From: a virus
Lineage: Duplodnaviria > Caudoviricetes
Length of the DNA stretch: 41,371 nt
Reading direction: 5' to 3' (one strand)
IMG/VR virus record: IMGVR_UViG_3300049144_000050
Coordinates: 1-41,371 of that record
How positions within the stretch are numbered: position 1 is the stretch's first letter; each line of letters starts with the position of its first letter. Below the pieces are notes generated by a model that was given only the letters and a program-made list of their open reading frames with translations, ran no database searches and was not told the origin of the DNA. The translations under genes and the position numbers were made by a program. This document shows positions 7,909-17,162 of the stretch, in pieces.

Positions 7909-8328
7909 ATGGCCAGCATGGACGACTTGGTGCAGTGGCTGCGCGCCCAGCTCGACGAGGACGAGCGGATCGCGCGGGCAGCGTCATGGACCGATGACGC
8001 GAACGCCTGGCATGCGGAGCCGTCGCCATTCGGTGCACGTGACGGCGGGCAGCGCTGGTACGTCGAAGACGCGATGGACGACGGCGTCGTCTCGCACGTT
8101 GATCCGGCCGCCTCGGACAACGAGGGCGTGGCGCGGCATATCGCCGAGTGGGATCCGGCGCGGGTGCTGCGCGAGATCAACGCCAAGCGGAAGACCTTCG
8201 ACGACTGCGAGGGGATCATCGTCGGGTGGCATCACGAGGAGTCGAAGCAGTTCGCCCGTGATGTCCTCTGCAACCTCGCCGAGCCCTACGCGGACCGTCC
8301 CGGCTACCGCGAGGAGTGGCGACCCTGA
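7909..8328 (+). CDS. DUF6221-like protein, copy 1
   Basis: DLVQWLRAQLDEDERIARAA...HIAEWDPARVLREINAKR...LAEPYADRPGYREEWRP. Confidence 0.8.
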   Translation: MASMDDLVQWLRAQLDEDERIARAASWTDDANAWHAEPSPFGARDGGQRWYVEDAMDDGVVSHVDPAASDNEGVARHIAEWDPARVLREINAKRKTFDDCEGIIVGWHHEESKQFARDVLCNLAEPYADRPGYREEWRP

Positions 8329-8346
8329 CCGGGGAGGTGACGGGCC

Positions 8347-8784
8347 GTGCTGTACGTCGTCACCGGCCCGCCGGCCGCAGGCAAGAGCAGCTGGATCGAG
8401 GCGCACGCCAAGGCCAGCGACATCGTCATCGACCTCGACCGCATCACGTCCGCGCTCACCGGGCCAGGCGCATCGCAGTGGAGTCAGCACCCGCTGCACC
8501 TGCGGGTCGCCCACCGTGCGCGGTACGCGGCCATGGACGCAGCGTTCGAGCTGCTTGATCAGCTCGACGTGTACCTGATCCACACCTTGCCGAACGGCAA
8601 GGCGATGGCGAAGTACAAGCGGTTGAAGGCACGCATCGTGACGGTGGACCCGGGCCAGGACATCGTCATGCAGCGCATCAAGGCGATGCGGTCCGTCGAC
8701 ATGGAGCGGGTCGCGACGCGCTGGTACAACGCTCGGCGCCGGCTGCCGCATGAGGCCATGCCGCAGGCGTCCCGGTCCTGGTGA
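8347..8784 (+). CDS. Small P-loop NTPase (kinase/AAA_33-like)
   Basis: YVVTGPPAAGKSSW Walker A; IVIDLD. Confidence 0.85.
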   Translation: MLYVVTGPPAAGKSSWIEAHAKASDIVIDLDRITSALTGPGASQWSQHPLHLRVAHRARYAAMDAAFELLDQLDVYLIHTLPNGKAMAKYKRLKARIVTVDPGQDIVMQRIKAMRSVDMERVATRWYNARRRLPHEAMPQASRSW

Positions 8785-8896
8785 CGCGAGGTCACGTGAT
8801 GTGACCTGGGCGGGGATGAGCCGACCGGGGGCAGTGGCGATCGACTGTCGGCCAGTCCGATTGGGGGAGGGCTGGGTCGAAAGTTCAGAAGGATAC

Positions 8897-8924
8897 CGGG
8901 CGACCCAAACGCCCTTGTCGCCCG
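8897..8924. other. Candidate cos site
   Basis: CGGGCGAC-N12-GTCGCCCG inverted repeat flanked by A/T runs in the non-coding gap between HNH/ATPase and terS; GTCAC/GTGAC repeats nearby (about 8780-8806, 8990-9010). Confidence 0.55.
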
Positions 8925-9033
8925 ATTTTTTGCGCGGCGATTTTGGAAGGCCTAATCCGCTGAAGCGAAGGCTGACGATTTAGTGAGCGGTCACCCTGTG
9001 TGACGTGACGCTCTGTCATCATCGGGAGTGATC

Positions 9034-9309
9034 ATGAGCGTTGCCGACAAGATCCTCGCCGAGCTTGACGATCTTCATGCGGACGAAACGTCGCCGGGAA
9101 TGGCGGCCGTCGCGCTCGCCCTCGCGAAGGCCATCGACGAAACCGACGCCCCCACGGCAAAGGCCGTCCTAGCCGACAAGCTGCGGCCGATCATCTCCGA
9201 CCTCCGCAAGCTCGCCCCCGTTGGGGAGAAGGGGGACACGGTCGATGACATTGCTGAGCAGCGAGCGAAGCGCCGAGCAGCAGCCCGCAAGCAGGCGGCC
9301 GGACAGTGA
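9034..9309 (+). CDS. Terminase small subunit
   Basis: Helical 91-aa protein just upstream of and overlapping terL; GDTVDDIAEQRAKRR tail. Confidence 0.8.
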   Translation: MSVADKILAELDDLHADETSPGMAAVALALAKAIDETDAPTAKAVLADKLRPIISDLRKLAPVGEKGDTVDDIAEQRAKRRAAARKQAAGQ

Positions 9310-10771
9310 CGACGGCCCGGTCCATGGCTGGCAGCAACCTCCGATCGAGACCGTCCCCCCGTCGGCGTCCAGCGCCGGCCAGGAGGCCATCGACCTTGCT
9401 GCGCGAGCGGGCCTGAAGCTGGATCCGTGGCAGCAGTACGTGCTCCGTCGCGGGATGGGCGAGAAGCCGGACGGCACTTGGGCCGCGTTCGAGTGCGCTG
9501 TCAACGTCCCCCGCCAGAACGGCAAGGGCGGGATCATCGAGGCCCGTGAGCTGTGGGGCCTGTTCATCGGCGGCGAGCAGCTGATCCTGCACAGCGCGCA
9601 CGAATTTAAGACGGCGAAGGCCGCGTTCAAGCGCATCGAGCGCCTCATACGCGCATGCCCTGACTTGCATAAGCGGGTGAAGGCGTACCGGTACACGGTC
9701 GGCGAGGAGTCGATCGAGCTGCACTCGGGGCAGGTGCTGCGGTTCATCGCCCGCTCGAAGGGGTCGGGGCGCGGGTTCACCGGAGACTGCAACATCCTCG
9801 ATGAGGACATGATCCTCGGTGACGACGCGATGGACGCGCTGCTGCCGACGATGGCGGCTGTCGAGAACCCGCAGATCTGGTACCTCGGGTCAGCTGGCAT
9901 CGGCGCGTTGTCCGTGCAGTTGGGCCGTTTGCGCCGCCGGGCCCTGGCCGCGATCGAGGCGGGTGTGCCGGATGCGAGCTTGGCGTACTTCGAATGGTCT
10001 GCGGACCTGCACTTGGACGAGTGCCCGAACGGCTGTGCGGCGCACGATGACGCGGCCTCGGACGAGGCGGTCCTGAAGGCGAATCCGGCGGTCGGCTTCC
10101 GGCTGACGCTGGACAAGGTGCACAACGAGCGAATGACGCTCAGCCCGGCCGGCTACGCCCGTGAGCGGCTCGGTGTGGGCGACTATCCGTCGGATGTGGC
10201 GGACACGTGGCAGGTGATCGGCGAGGACGCGTGGCGGGCGTTGGCGGCTGCGGAGTCGGAGCCGTCGGATCCGGTGGCGTTCGCGATCGACATGACGCCG
10301 GAGCGGTCGCATGCGGCGATTGCGGTGGCGGGGGAGTGGCGGGGCGGTGCGCACGTCGAGGTGGTGGATCACCGGCCGGGCACGGGGTGGATCCTGGACC
10401 GGGCCGCGGAGTTGCACGAGAAATGGAGGCCACGCTGCTGGGTGGTCGACGCGGGTGGCCCGGCCGGCTCGCTGATCGCCGATCTGGCTGAGCGTCTCGG
10501 TGTCGAGGTGGTGCAGCCGAAGGCGCGTGAGGTGGCCGCAGCGTGCGGGCAGTTCTTCGACGCGGTGGCCGAGCAGACGCTGTCGCATCTTGATCAGGCG
10601 CCGCTGGCGTCCGCGCTGGCGGGCGCGCAGAAGCGGCCGTTGGGTGATGCGTGGGCGTGGGCTCGGCGGCTTGTCAGTGTGGATATCAGCCCGCTGGTGG
10701 CGGCGACGCTGGCGAAGTGGGGCCTCGGTGCCGAGGTGGAGGAGCCGGAAGGGGCGCCGAACCTATGGTGA
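9245..10771 (+). CDS. Terminase large subunit
   Basis: LDPWQ, VPRQNGKG Walker A, ILDE Walker B, ANPA, FAIDMTP, DISPLVA nuclease motifs; start approximate. Confidence 0.95.
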   Translation: MTLLSSERSAEQQPASRRPDSDDGPVHGWQQPPIETVPPSASSAGQEAIDLAARAGLKLDPWQQYVLRRGMGEKPDGTWAAFECAVNVPRQNGKGGIIEARELWGLFIGGEQLILHSAHEFKTAKAAFKRIERLIRACPDLHKRVKAYRYTVGEESIELHSGQVLRFIARSKGSGRGFTGDCNILDEDMILGDDAMDALLPTMAAVENPQIWYLGSAGIGALSVQLGRLRRRALAAIEAGVPDASLAYFEWSADLHLDECPNGCAAHDDAASDEAVLKANPAVGFRLTLDKVHNERMTLSPAGYARERLGVGDYPSDVADTWQVIGEDAWRALAAAESEPSDPVAFAIDMTPERSHAAIAVAGEWRGGAHVEVVDHRPGTGWILDRAAELHEKWRPRCWVVDAGGPAGSLIADLAERLGVEVVQPKAREVAAACGQFFDAVAEQTLSHLDQAPLASALAGAQKRPLGDAWAWARRLVSVDISPLVAATLAKWGLGAEVEEPEGAPNLW

Positions 10772-10941
10772 CGCTGGTCTGGCTGTCGTTCGAGGTGGCA
10801 TGTCTGCTGGTCGCCCTGCTGGGGCTGTGGATCGTCTTCCCTCCGGCGGCGATGATCGTGGGCGGTGTGGCGGGCGCGTTGGCCGCTGAGCGGGCGATGG
10901 CCGAGCGGGGCGAAGCGCGACACAAGGGGGCCCAGCGGTGA
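10765..10941 (+). CDS. Small two-TM membrane protein between terL and portal
   Basis: Hydrophobic 58 aa; overlaps both neighbours. Confidence 0.7.
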   Translation: MVTLVWLSFEVACLLVALLGLWIVFPPAAMIVGGVAGALAAERAMAERGEARHKGAQR

Positions 10942-12197
10942 GCCTCTTCGGGCTGTTCGATCGGCGCGCCTCGGTGGAGAATCCGGCGATGCCGCTGACG
11001 GCGCCGTCGCTGACGACGCTTCTGGCTGGGGCTCCGGCCCAGTCGGGCGTGGCGGTGACGGAGACGAGTGCGCTGCACATGCCGGCGGTGTGGCGGGCCG
11101 TCGCGGTGATCGCGAACGTGTCGGCGTCGCTGCCGCTTCACTCGTACAAGGCCAACACGAAGGACCGTGTGTCGGTTCGGCTACTGGATGATCCGCACCC
11201 GGAGCTTACGAAGTTCGAGCTGTGGCGCCTGGTGTATGTGCACCGGTTGCTATGGGGGAACGCCTACCTGCAGAAGGTTCGGAACATGGCCGGGCAGATC
11301 GTGCAGTTGTGGCCGATCCGCCCGGACCGGGTGAAGGTGGACCGGGAGAAGCCGAGCGAGGCGAATCCGGGCGGGAAGGTCTTCTGGGTCCGCGACGACA
11401 GCGGTGTTGTTCAGCGCCGGACGACCGCCGAGATCCTGCATCTGCCGGCGCTCGGCTATGACGGTGTGACGGGCTGCTCGCCGATCCGTGCGGCGGCGGA
11501 GGGGATCGGGCTGGGGATTGCCGCAGAGAAGTCCGCAGCCCGTTTGTACGGCTCGGGCAACATGATCTCCGGGGTGCTGCAGACGGAACAGCGGCTGACG
11601 TCCGAGCAGGCTGCCCAGTTGAAGGCGTCCTGGAAGGCGAAGCTGTCCGGGATCGAGTCGGCCCACGACATCGCGGTGCTGGACTCTGGCGCCAGCTTCC
11701 ATCCGGTGACGATGCCATACAAGGACTCGCAGTTCCTGGAGTCGCGGCAGTTCCAGATCACCGAGATTGCCCGCATGTTCGGCGTACCGCTGTATCTGCT
11801 GATGGAGACGCAGAAGTCCACGTCGTGGGGGACAGGCCTGGAGCAGCAGGCGCAGGGCTTCGTGACGTGGGATCTGGCGCCGACATGGCTGACGCCGACG
11901 GAGCAGCGCGTGACGAAGGAGCTGCTGCCGAAGACGCAGTACGCCAAGTACCAGCTGGGTGGCCTGCTGCGTGGCGACAGCCAGGCCCGGGCCGTGTTTT
12001 ACCGGGCGATGCGTGACACGGGCGCCTTCTCCGCGAACGACATTCGCGACCTGGAAGAGCTTCCGCCCATCGAGGGACCGGAGGGCGACATGTACCTCCA
12101 ACCGATGTCGATGGCTCCGCTGGGGTCTGATCCGACTGCGGACGGCGCCATCACTGATGATCCACCGCAGGAAGGCGGCGACGATGACCAGGATTGA
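10938..12197 (+). CDS. Portal protein, HK97 family
   Basis: AVWRAVAVIA, LLWGNAY, GCSPI, QFLESRQFQITEIARMFGVP, NDIRDLEELPPI. Confidence 0.97.
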   Translation: MSLFGLFDRRASVENPAMPLTAPSLTTLLAGAPAQSGVAVTETSALHMPAVWRAVAVIANVSASLPLHSYKANTKDRVSVRLLDDPHPELTKFELWRLVYVHRLLWGNAYLQKVRNMAGQIVQLWPIRPDRVKVDREKPSEANPGGKVFWVRDDSGVVQRRTTAEILHLPALGYDGVTGCSPIRAAAEGIGLGIAAEKSAARLYGSGNMISGVLQTEQRLTSEQAAQLKASWKAKLSGIESAHDIAVLDSGASFHPVTMPYKDSQFLESRQFQITEIARMFGVPLYLLMETQKSTSWGTGLEQQAQGFVTWDLAPTWLTPTEQRVTKELLPKTQYAKYQLGGLLRGDSQARAVFYRAMRDTGAFSANDIRDLEELPPIEGPEGDMYLQPMSMAPLGSDPTADGAITDDPPQEGGDDDQD

Positions 12198-12933
12198 GGA
12201 GCGGCGGGACCTCGCCCTGGCCACGGCCGGGGTGCAGTTGCGGGCCGCGGACGACGAGCAGAAGGCGCGCCGCTTCGGCGGCCATGCTGCGGTCTTCAAC
12301 CAGCGCACTGCGATCGGGAACCCGTTGACGTGGGGTTTCTACGAGGAGATCGCCCCGGGTGCGTTCAGTAAGACGTTGGCGGAGGGTGACGCCCGCTTCC
12401 TCGTCGACCACGACACGCGGCTTGTGGTGTCCAGAGTGTCGGCCAACTCGCTGCGACTGGCCCAGGACAAGGTCGGCCTAGCCGTGGAGGCGGACCTCGA
12501 TGAACGACTGTCCTACGTCGCTGACCTGGTTGTGAACCTGGAGCTGAAGAACATCACCGGCATGTCGTTCGGGTTCCGCACGGTCAAGGACGACTGGGAG
12601 ACGGTGGCGGTGGAGACGTCCGAGGGGGATGTCGAGGCCGAGTTGCGCATCATCCGCGAGGTGCAGCTTTTCGAGGTCAGCGCCGTCACGTTCCCCGCTT
12701 ACGAAGGCACCGACGCAGCGCTGCGTTCCGTCGGGGTCGCCCTCGCGGCCCGCGGCGACGCCGCTGCCTTCGACCGCCGGGCCGAGCACCGGCCCGAGCT
12801 TCTCGACTTCCGCCACGAGCCGGCCGCTGAGGCCACTCGGGGCAGCGACGCAACCCAGCCGGGAGAGACCACTGGGGGCCGTCAGGCGATGCGCATGAAG
12901 GCACTCGCCGCCCGCTACCGCTTGGCGCGGTAG
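12184..12933 (+). CDS. HK97-family prohead protease
   Basis: GHAAVFN, EEIAPGAF, DHD, GMSFGF, LFEVSAVTFPAY. Confidence 0.95.
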   Translation: MTRIEERRDLALATAGVQLRAADDEQKARRFGGHAAVFNQRTAIGNPLTWGFYEEIAPGAFSKTLAEGDARFLVDHDTRLVVSRVSANSLRLAQDKVGLAVEADLDERLSYVADLVVNLELKNITGMSFGFRTVKDDWETVAVETSEGDVEAELRIIREVQLFEVSAVTFPAYEGTDAALRSVGVALAARGDAAAFDRRAEHRPELLDFRHEPAAEATRGSDATQPGETTGGRQAMRMKALAARYRLAR

Positions 12934-12955
12934 CCGCACCCAATCCCATCCCTCA

Positions 12956-12980
12956 GCCCCTGCCGCGGAAGGCACGGGGC
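12956..12980 (+). other. Hairpin upstream of the capsid gene
   Basis: GCCCCTGCC-gcggaa-GGCAcGGGGC. Confidence 0.4.
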
Positions 12981-12999
12981 CGTTCGTGCTGGAGGCACA

Positions 13000-14265
13000 A
13001 TGCCCACCCTTCAGAGCCTGCTGGACAAGCGGGCCAGCGCCTGGGACAAGGCGCAGGAGTTCCAGAACCGTGCGGCGTCCGAAGAGGAGATGTCCGCCGA
13101 GGACCGCTCCGCCTGGGACGCGGCGCTCGCCGACGTCGAGCGGCTGTCGGCGGACATCGAGCGCGAGGAGCGGCACGATCGCCTCGCCAAGGTCGACTAC
13201 AGCCAGATCGTCGACGGCCGCGGCGACACCCAGGAAGAGGAGGAGGCCCGCGCCCGCCACGGCGGCGCCGAGGGCGTCGAGGCGTACAGCAACGCCTGGC
13301 GGTCCTGGCTGCGCGACGGCACCCAGGATCTGACCTCGGAGGAGCGCACCGTGCTGCGCTCGGGCTGGGTCGACGGCAAGGAACTGCGCGCCCAGGGCGT
13401 CGCCACCGGCGCGGCCGGCGGCTACGTCGTGCCGCCCGCGTTCCGGGCCAAGATGGTCGAGACGATGAAGTTCTACGGCGCCATGCGGCAGGTCGCCGAG
13501 ACCATCACCACCGAGTCGGGTGTGACGCTTCCGTGGCCGACGAACGACGACACTGGCAACGTCGGTGCGATCCTCGCGGAGAACACGCAGGTCACGGAGC
13601 AGGACGTGACCCTCGGCCAGCAGGACATCGGCGCGTACATGTACACGTCGAAGCTGGTGCGGGTGTCCCTGCAGCTGCTGAACGATGCGGTGCTGGACTT
13701 CGAGAACTGGCTGGCCCGCAAGCTGGGCGAGCGCATCGGCCGTATCCAGAACACGCACTTCACGACCGGCACGGGCACCGCCCAGCCGGAGGGCGTGCAG
13801 ACCAACGCCACCATCGGCAAGACCGGCGCGTCCGGCCAGACCACATCGGTCACCGGCGACGACCTGATCGACCTGGTGCACTCCGTGGATCCGGCCTACC
13901 GCAACTCGGGTCGCGTGCAGTTCATGTGGGCCGACTCCACGCTGGCCTCAGTCCGCAAGCTCAAGGACGGCAACGGCCAGTACCTGTGGCAGCCGTCGGT
14001 GCAGGCGGGTGTTCCGGACCGGGTCCTCGGCTACGGCTACACCGTCAACCAGGACATGCCCGCGATGGCCGCGAGCGCCAAGTCGATCCTGTTCGGTGAC
14101 TTCTACGCCGGATACCTGATCCGTGACGTGCAGGACGTGCAGACGCTTCGCCTGGCCGAGCGGTACGCCGACTACCTGCAGGTCGGGTTCCTGGCGTTCG
14201 CACGCGCGGACGGCACCCCGCAGGACGCGTCCGCGATTCGCGCCTACCGCAACGCGGCCAGCTGA
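13000..14265 (+). CDS. Major capsid protein, HK97 fold with delta domain
   Basis: Coiled-coil N-terminus, GGYVVP, GTGTAQPEG, KLKDGNGQYLWQP, ILFGDF, GFLAFARADG. Confidence 0.97.
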   Translation: MPTLQSLLDKRASAWDKAQEFQNRAASEEEMSAEDRSAWDAALADVERLSADIEREERHDRLAKVDYSQIVDGRGDTQEEEEARARHGGAEGVEAYSNAWRSWLRDGTQDLTSEERTVLRSGWVDGKELRAQGVATGAAGGYVVPPAFRAKMVETMKFYGAMRQVAETITTESGVTLPWPTNDDTGNVGAILAENTQVTEQDVTLGQQDIGAYMYTSKLVRVSLQLLNDAVLDFENWLARKLGERIGRIQNTHFTTGTGTAQPEGVQTNATIGKTGASGQTTSVTGDDLIDLVHSVDPAYRNSGRVQFMWADSTLASVRKLKDGNGQYLWQPSVQAGVPDRVLGYGYTVNQDMPAMAASAKSILFGDFYAGYLIRDVQDVQTLRLAERYADYLQVGFLAFARADGTPQDASAIRAYRNAAS

Positions 14266-14288
14266 CGCTGGCAGAGAGGAGTGCCGTC

Positions 14289-14684
14289 ATGGCGACCACC
14301 CCGAAGAAGGACACCCCGGCAGGCGTCAGCGACACCGGCGTGCTGCAGGACAAGCCGACGCCGGCCGCTGCCGAGCAGGGCGACCACGACCGCATCGTCA
14401 TGGCCTCCCGCCGTGCGGACGGCTCGATGGCGCAGACGCGGCCTGAGTTCATCGGCGACAAGGACATTGCGCTCGGCGCCGCCAAGGAGCAGCTCGGACA
14501 GCAGGCCGCGTCCGCCGTCGATGTCGCGGCCCGCGGCGTCACCGCCAACCCGGACGGCGTCGGCAGCACCGAGCCGGACGCCGAAGTGCAGGCCCTCAAG
14601 GACGCCCAGGACGAGGCCGTAAAGGCGGCCGAGGCCCAGGCGGAGCGCGAGGTCAACAGCTTGCACAAGGGGCTGGGTGACTGA
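14289..14684 (+). CDS. Virion-associated hypothetical protein (131 aa)
   Basis: GAGGAG RBS; position directly after capsid. Confidence 0.75.
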   Translation: MATTPKKDTPAGVSDTGVLQDKPTPAAAEQGDHDRIVMASRRADGSMAQTRPEFIGDKDIALGAAKEQLGQQAASAVDVAARGVTANPDGVGSTEPDAEVQALKDAQDEAVKAAEAQAEREVNSLHKGLGD

Positions 14685-14908
14685 TGGCCCGTATCCGCAT
14701 GCTGACGAGCGTTGCGGGCGCCGGGTTTTCCTGGGATGCCGGGCAGGTGATCGACCTGCCCGGCTCCGAGGCCGCTCTGTGGGCCGATGGAGTCCGTGCG
14801 GAGATGGTCCGCGACGATCCCGTGGAGACCCCCGAGGCGAACCCGGCCGCCGAGAGAACGGGCCGTAAGGCGCCGGCCCGGCGCAAGCCTGCCCCGCGGC
14901 CGGGGTGA
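14684..14908 (+). CDS. Small virion-associated protein (74 aa)
   Basis: TGATG coupling; RIRMLTSVAG...AGQVIDLP..EA type seen after capsid genes. Confidence 0.75.
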   Translation: MARIRMLTSVAGAGFSWDAGQVIDLPGSEAALWADGVRAEMVRDDPVETPEANPAAERTGRKAPARRKPAPRPG

Positions 14909-14912
14909 GCTG

Positions 14913-15563
14913 GTGCCGGGCTTCGGGATGCTGGTCGATGGCTTCGATGACGGCGTCTTGGATCTTGGCGTCTGGTCGCAGTCCTACGGCGATCCGGTCG
15001 AGCAGGACGGCCGCCTGAGGGTGCCGTGCACCATGGGGTATGCGGGCGCCCGCACAGCGAGTGTGTACACGCTATCGCGGTCGCAGATCGCGGCGCGCGT
15101 GTATCCGCCTGCCCCTGGCGGGGCCGCGTCCGCAGGCTGTTCGCTGCTGGTCCTCAGCAGCGTGGGCGGCACTGATGCCGGGTTTTTCGTGGACCGGGCG
15201 CAGGGTGCGATGGGCCTGTACCTGCGGGTCGGGTACGCGGACGGTGGCGCACTGTTTCCTCCCTACGACCCGGTTGCGCATGCGTGGCTGCGGCTGCGGG
15301 AAGACGCCGCTTCCCTGTACTGGGAGGCGTCGGCGGACGGCTTGGCGTGGACAGCGCTGCGCACTGCCTCGTCCCCGGCGTGGGTTTCGCACACGGATCT
15401 GTCGCTGCTGTTCGAGGCGCATCGCGACGCGGGCGTCGACGACTTCGCGGAACTCGACAGCCTCAACATCTCCCGGTCTGGCCGGGCCGCTCCGCTCCAG
15501 CGTGCCCTGGCCGGGCCGGGCCCTTATCCGAGAGCAGCGTCAACGGTGAGGGGGACTGGATGA
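14913..15563 (+). CDS. Beta-sandwich (ConA/LamG-like) structural protein
   Basis: Trp/Tyr-rich beta pattern (HAWLRLREDAASLYWEASADGLAW) inside the head module; start approximate. Confidence 0.6.
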   Translation: MPGFGMLVDGFDDGVLDLGVWSQSYGDPVEQDGRLRVPCTMGYAGARTASVYTLSRSQIAARVYPPAPGGAASAGCSLLVLSSVGGTDAGFFVDRAQGAMGLYLRVGYADGGALFPPYDPVAHAWLRLREDAASLYWEASADGLAWTALRTASSPAWVSHTDLSLLFEAHRDAGVDDFAELDSLNISRSGRAAPLQRALAGPGPYPRAASTVRGTG

Positions 15564-16378
15564 GTTTCGATCTGGGGGCAGTCGTCCCGCTGGGCACGAC
15601 TGTGCGGGATGCTGCCGGGGCCCTTGCCAACGCTGGCGCGATGGCGCTGACCGTCACGCTTCCTGATCAGACGACGGTGGCGGTGGCGCCTGTTGCCCCG
15701 ACGGCGACGGGGGTCTACGCCTACGACTACCCGACCGTGCAGCCCGGCCGGCATGTGGTGCGGTGGGTCGCGTCCGGGGTCAACGCGGGCGCCTACACCG
15801 ACTCGTTCGATGTGCGGGAGGCGGCGCCGCCCGGCATCCTCAGCCTTTCGGACGCCAAGGCCCATCTGAACATCGTGTCGTCAGCGCATGACGACGAACT
15901 GCGCGGGTGGATTGAGGCGGTCACTGCAGCGGTTGAGGTATTCACCGGTCCGGTCGTGGTCCGCACGGTGGTCGAGGATCACGATGTGCGCGCCGCTCGG
16001 ACGCTGGCCCTGCGGCAGCCGCCGGTTCTGTCCTTGACGTCTGTTGCTCCGATCCTGACCGGCGGCATCACCTACACCGTCGGCGAGTTCAGCTTGGACG
16101 GCGGGTCGGGGATCGTGCAGTTGCTGGCCGGCGGAACGGTGGCGGGCCCACTGCGCGTCACCTACGTGGCGGGTCGCCGTATCGTCCCGGCCGCCATCAC
16201 TGCCGCCGCGAAAATCATCCTTCAGCATCTGTGGCGTACCCAGCAGGGCCCGGGCCGGCCACAGCGCGGCGTCGACGACTTCGACGTCACCGAGCCGATT
16301 CCCGGTCTGGGATATGCGATCCCGAACCGGGCCGTGCAGCTTCTGGAGCCGTACAAGCAGCCGCCGGGGGTGGCGTAG
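15560..16378 (+). CDS. Head-tail adaptor (gp6-like) with N-terminal Ig-like domain
   Basis: ILSLSDAKAHLN...DDELRGWIEA and VTYVAG...PAAITAAAKIILQHLW; N-terminal beta-rich region (TGVYAYDY..QPGRHVVRW). Confidence 0.85.
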   Translation: MSFDLGAVVPLGTTVRDAAGALANAGAMALTVTLPDQTTVAVAPVAPTATGVYAYDYPTVQPGRHVVRWVASGVNAGAYTDSFDVREAAPPGILSLSDAKAHLNIVSSAHDDELRGWIEAVTAAVEVFTGPVVVRTVVEDHDVRAARTLALRQPPVLSLTSVAPILTGGITYTVGEFSLDGGSGIVQLLAGGTVAGPLRVTYVAGRRIVPAAITAAAKIILQHLWRTQQGPGRPQRGVDDFDVTEPIPGLGYAIPNRAVQLLEPYKQPPGVA

Positions 16379-16846
16379 ATGGCGACCTCAGCGGTACCGG
16401 GCGCGATCGCGGCCCTGCTGGCGATTCTGCGAGCGGCGCCTGCCCTGTCCGAGGTGCAGGTGATCGACGGGCCGCCGACCACGGACATGGCCGACCCGGA
16501 CGTCGTCACCGTCGGCTGGTCCCCAGGCGGTGATCAGTCCGCGCTGCTCACCCAGGAGTTCAACGCGGCAGGGGCCCGCACCCGCAACGAGGATTTCGAG
16601 ATCGCCAACGCGATCGATTGCTGGAGCGGCGACAGAGATTTCAGCGCTGTGCGGGCCCGCGCGTTCGAGCTGCTGGGCGTGGTCGAGAACGCGATCCGCG
16701 CCTCGGGGGCGAACCCGGAGGCGCCGACGTTGAACGGCGCCGTGCTGTGGGCGCACCTAACGCAGGGGTCGCTGCAACAGTCTTTCACCGACCAGGGCGC
16801 ACGGGCAGTCCTGGGGTTCACGGTGACCTGCCACGCCCGGATCTGA
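16379..16846 (+). CDS. Tail terminator/completion protein
   Basis: Position and size; VQVIDGPP...RARAFELL...PTLNG. Confidence 0.7.
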   Translation: MATSAVPGAIAALLAILRAAPALSEVQVIDGPPTTDMADPDVVTVGWSPGGDQSALLTQEFNAAGARTRNEDFEIANAIDCWSGDRDFSAVRARAFELLGVVENAIRASGANPEAPTLNGAVLWAHLTQGSLQQSFTDQGARAVLGFTVTCHARI

Positions 16847-16859
16847 TGAGGAGAGCCAG

Positions 16860-17159
16860 ATGTCGCGTGTGCGCTTCATCGGTCCCGAGCCGGTGACCGT
16901 GCCCGAGCTCGGCGACCGTGCAGTCCAGCCGGACGAAGTCGTCGAGGTGCCCGACGAGAGGTACTGGGGGTACGCCTGCCAGTCCGGTGTGTGGGAGGAA
17001 GTGGAGCCGCCCGCGGACTTCGTCCCGCCTGGCAGTGAGCCGGAGCAGCCGCCAGTGGGTGTGGAGCCCGGGACGGAGCCGGAGCCGGTGGCTGTACAGA
17101 GGAAGACCGCGCCTGCGGTGAGGAAGTCGGCGCCCGCGCCGCAGACGGAAGAGGGCTGA
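16860..17159 (+). CDS. Small virion-associated hypothetical protein
   Basis: GAGGAG RBS; VRFIGPEPV...VVEVPD, Pro/Glu-rich tail. Confidence 0.7.
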   Translation: MSRVRFIGPEPVTVPELGDRAVQPDEVVEVPDERYWGYACQSGVWEEVEPPADFVPPGSEPEQPPVGVEPGTEPEPVAVQRKTAPAVRKSAPAPQTEEG

Positions 17160-17162
17160 TCC

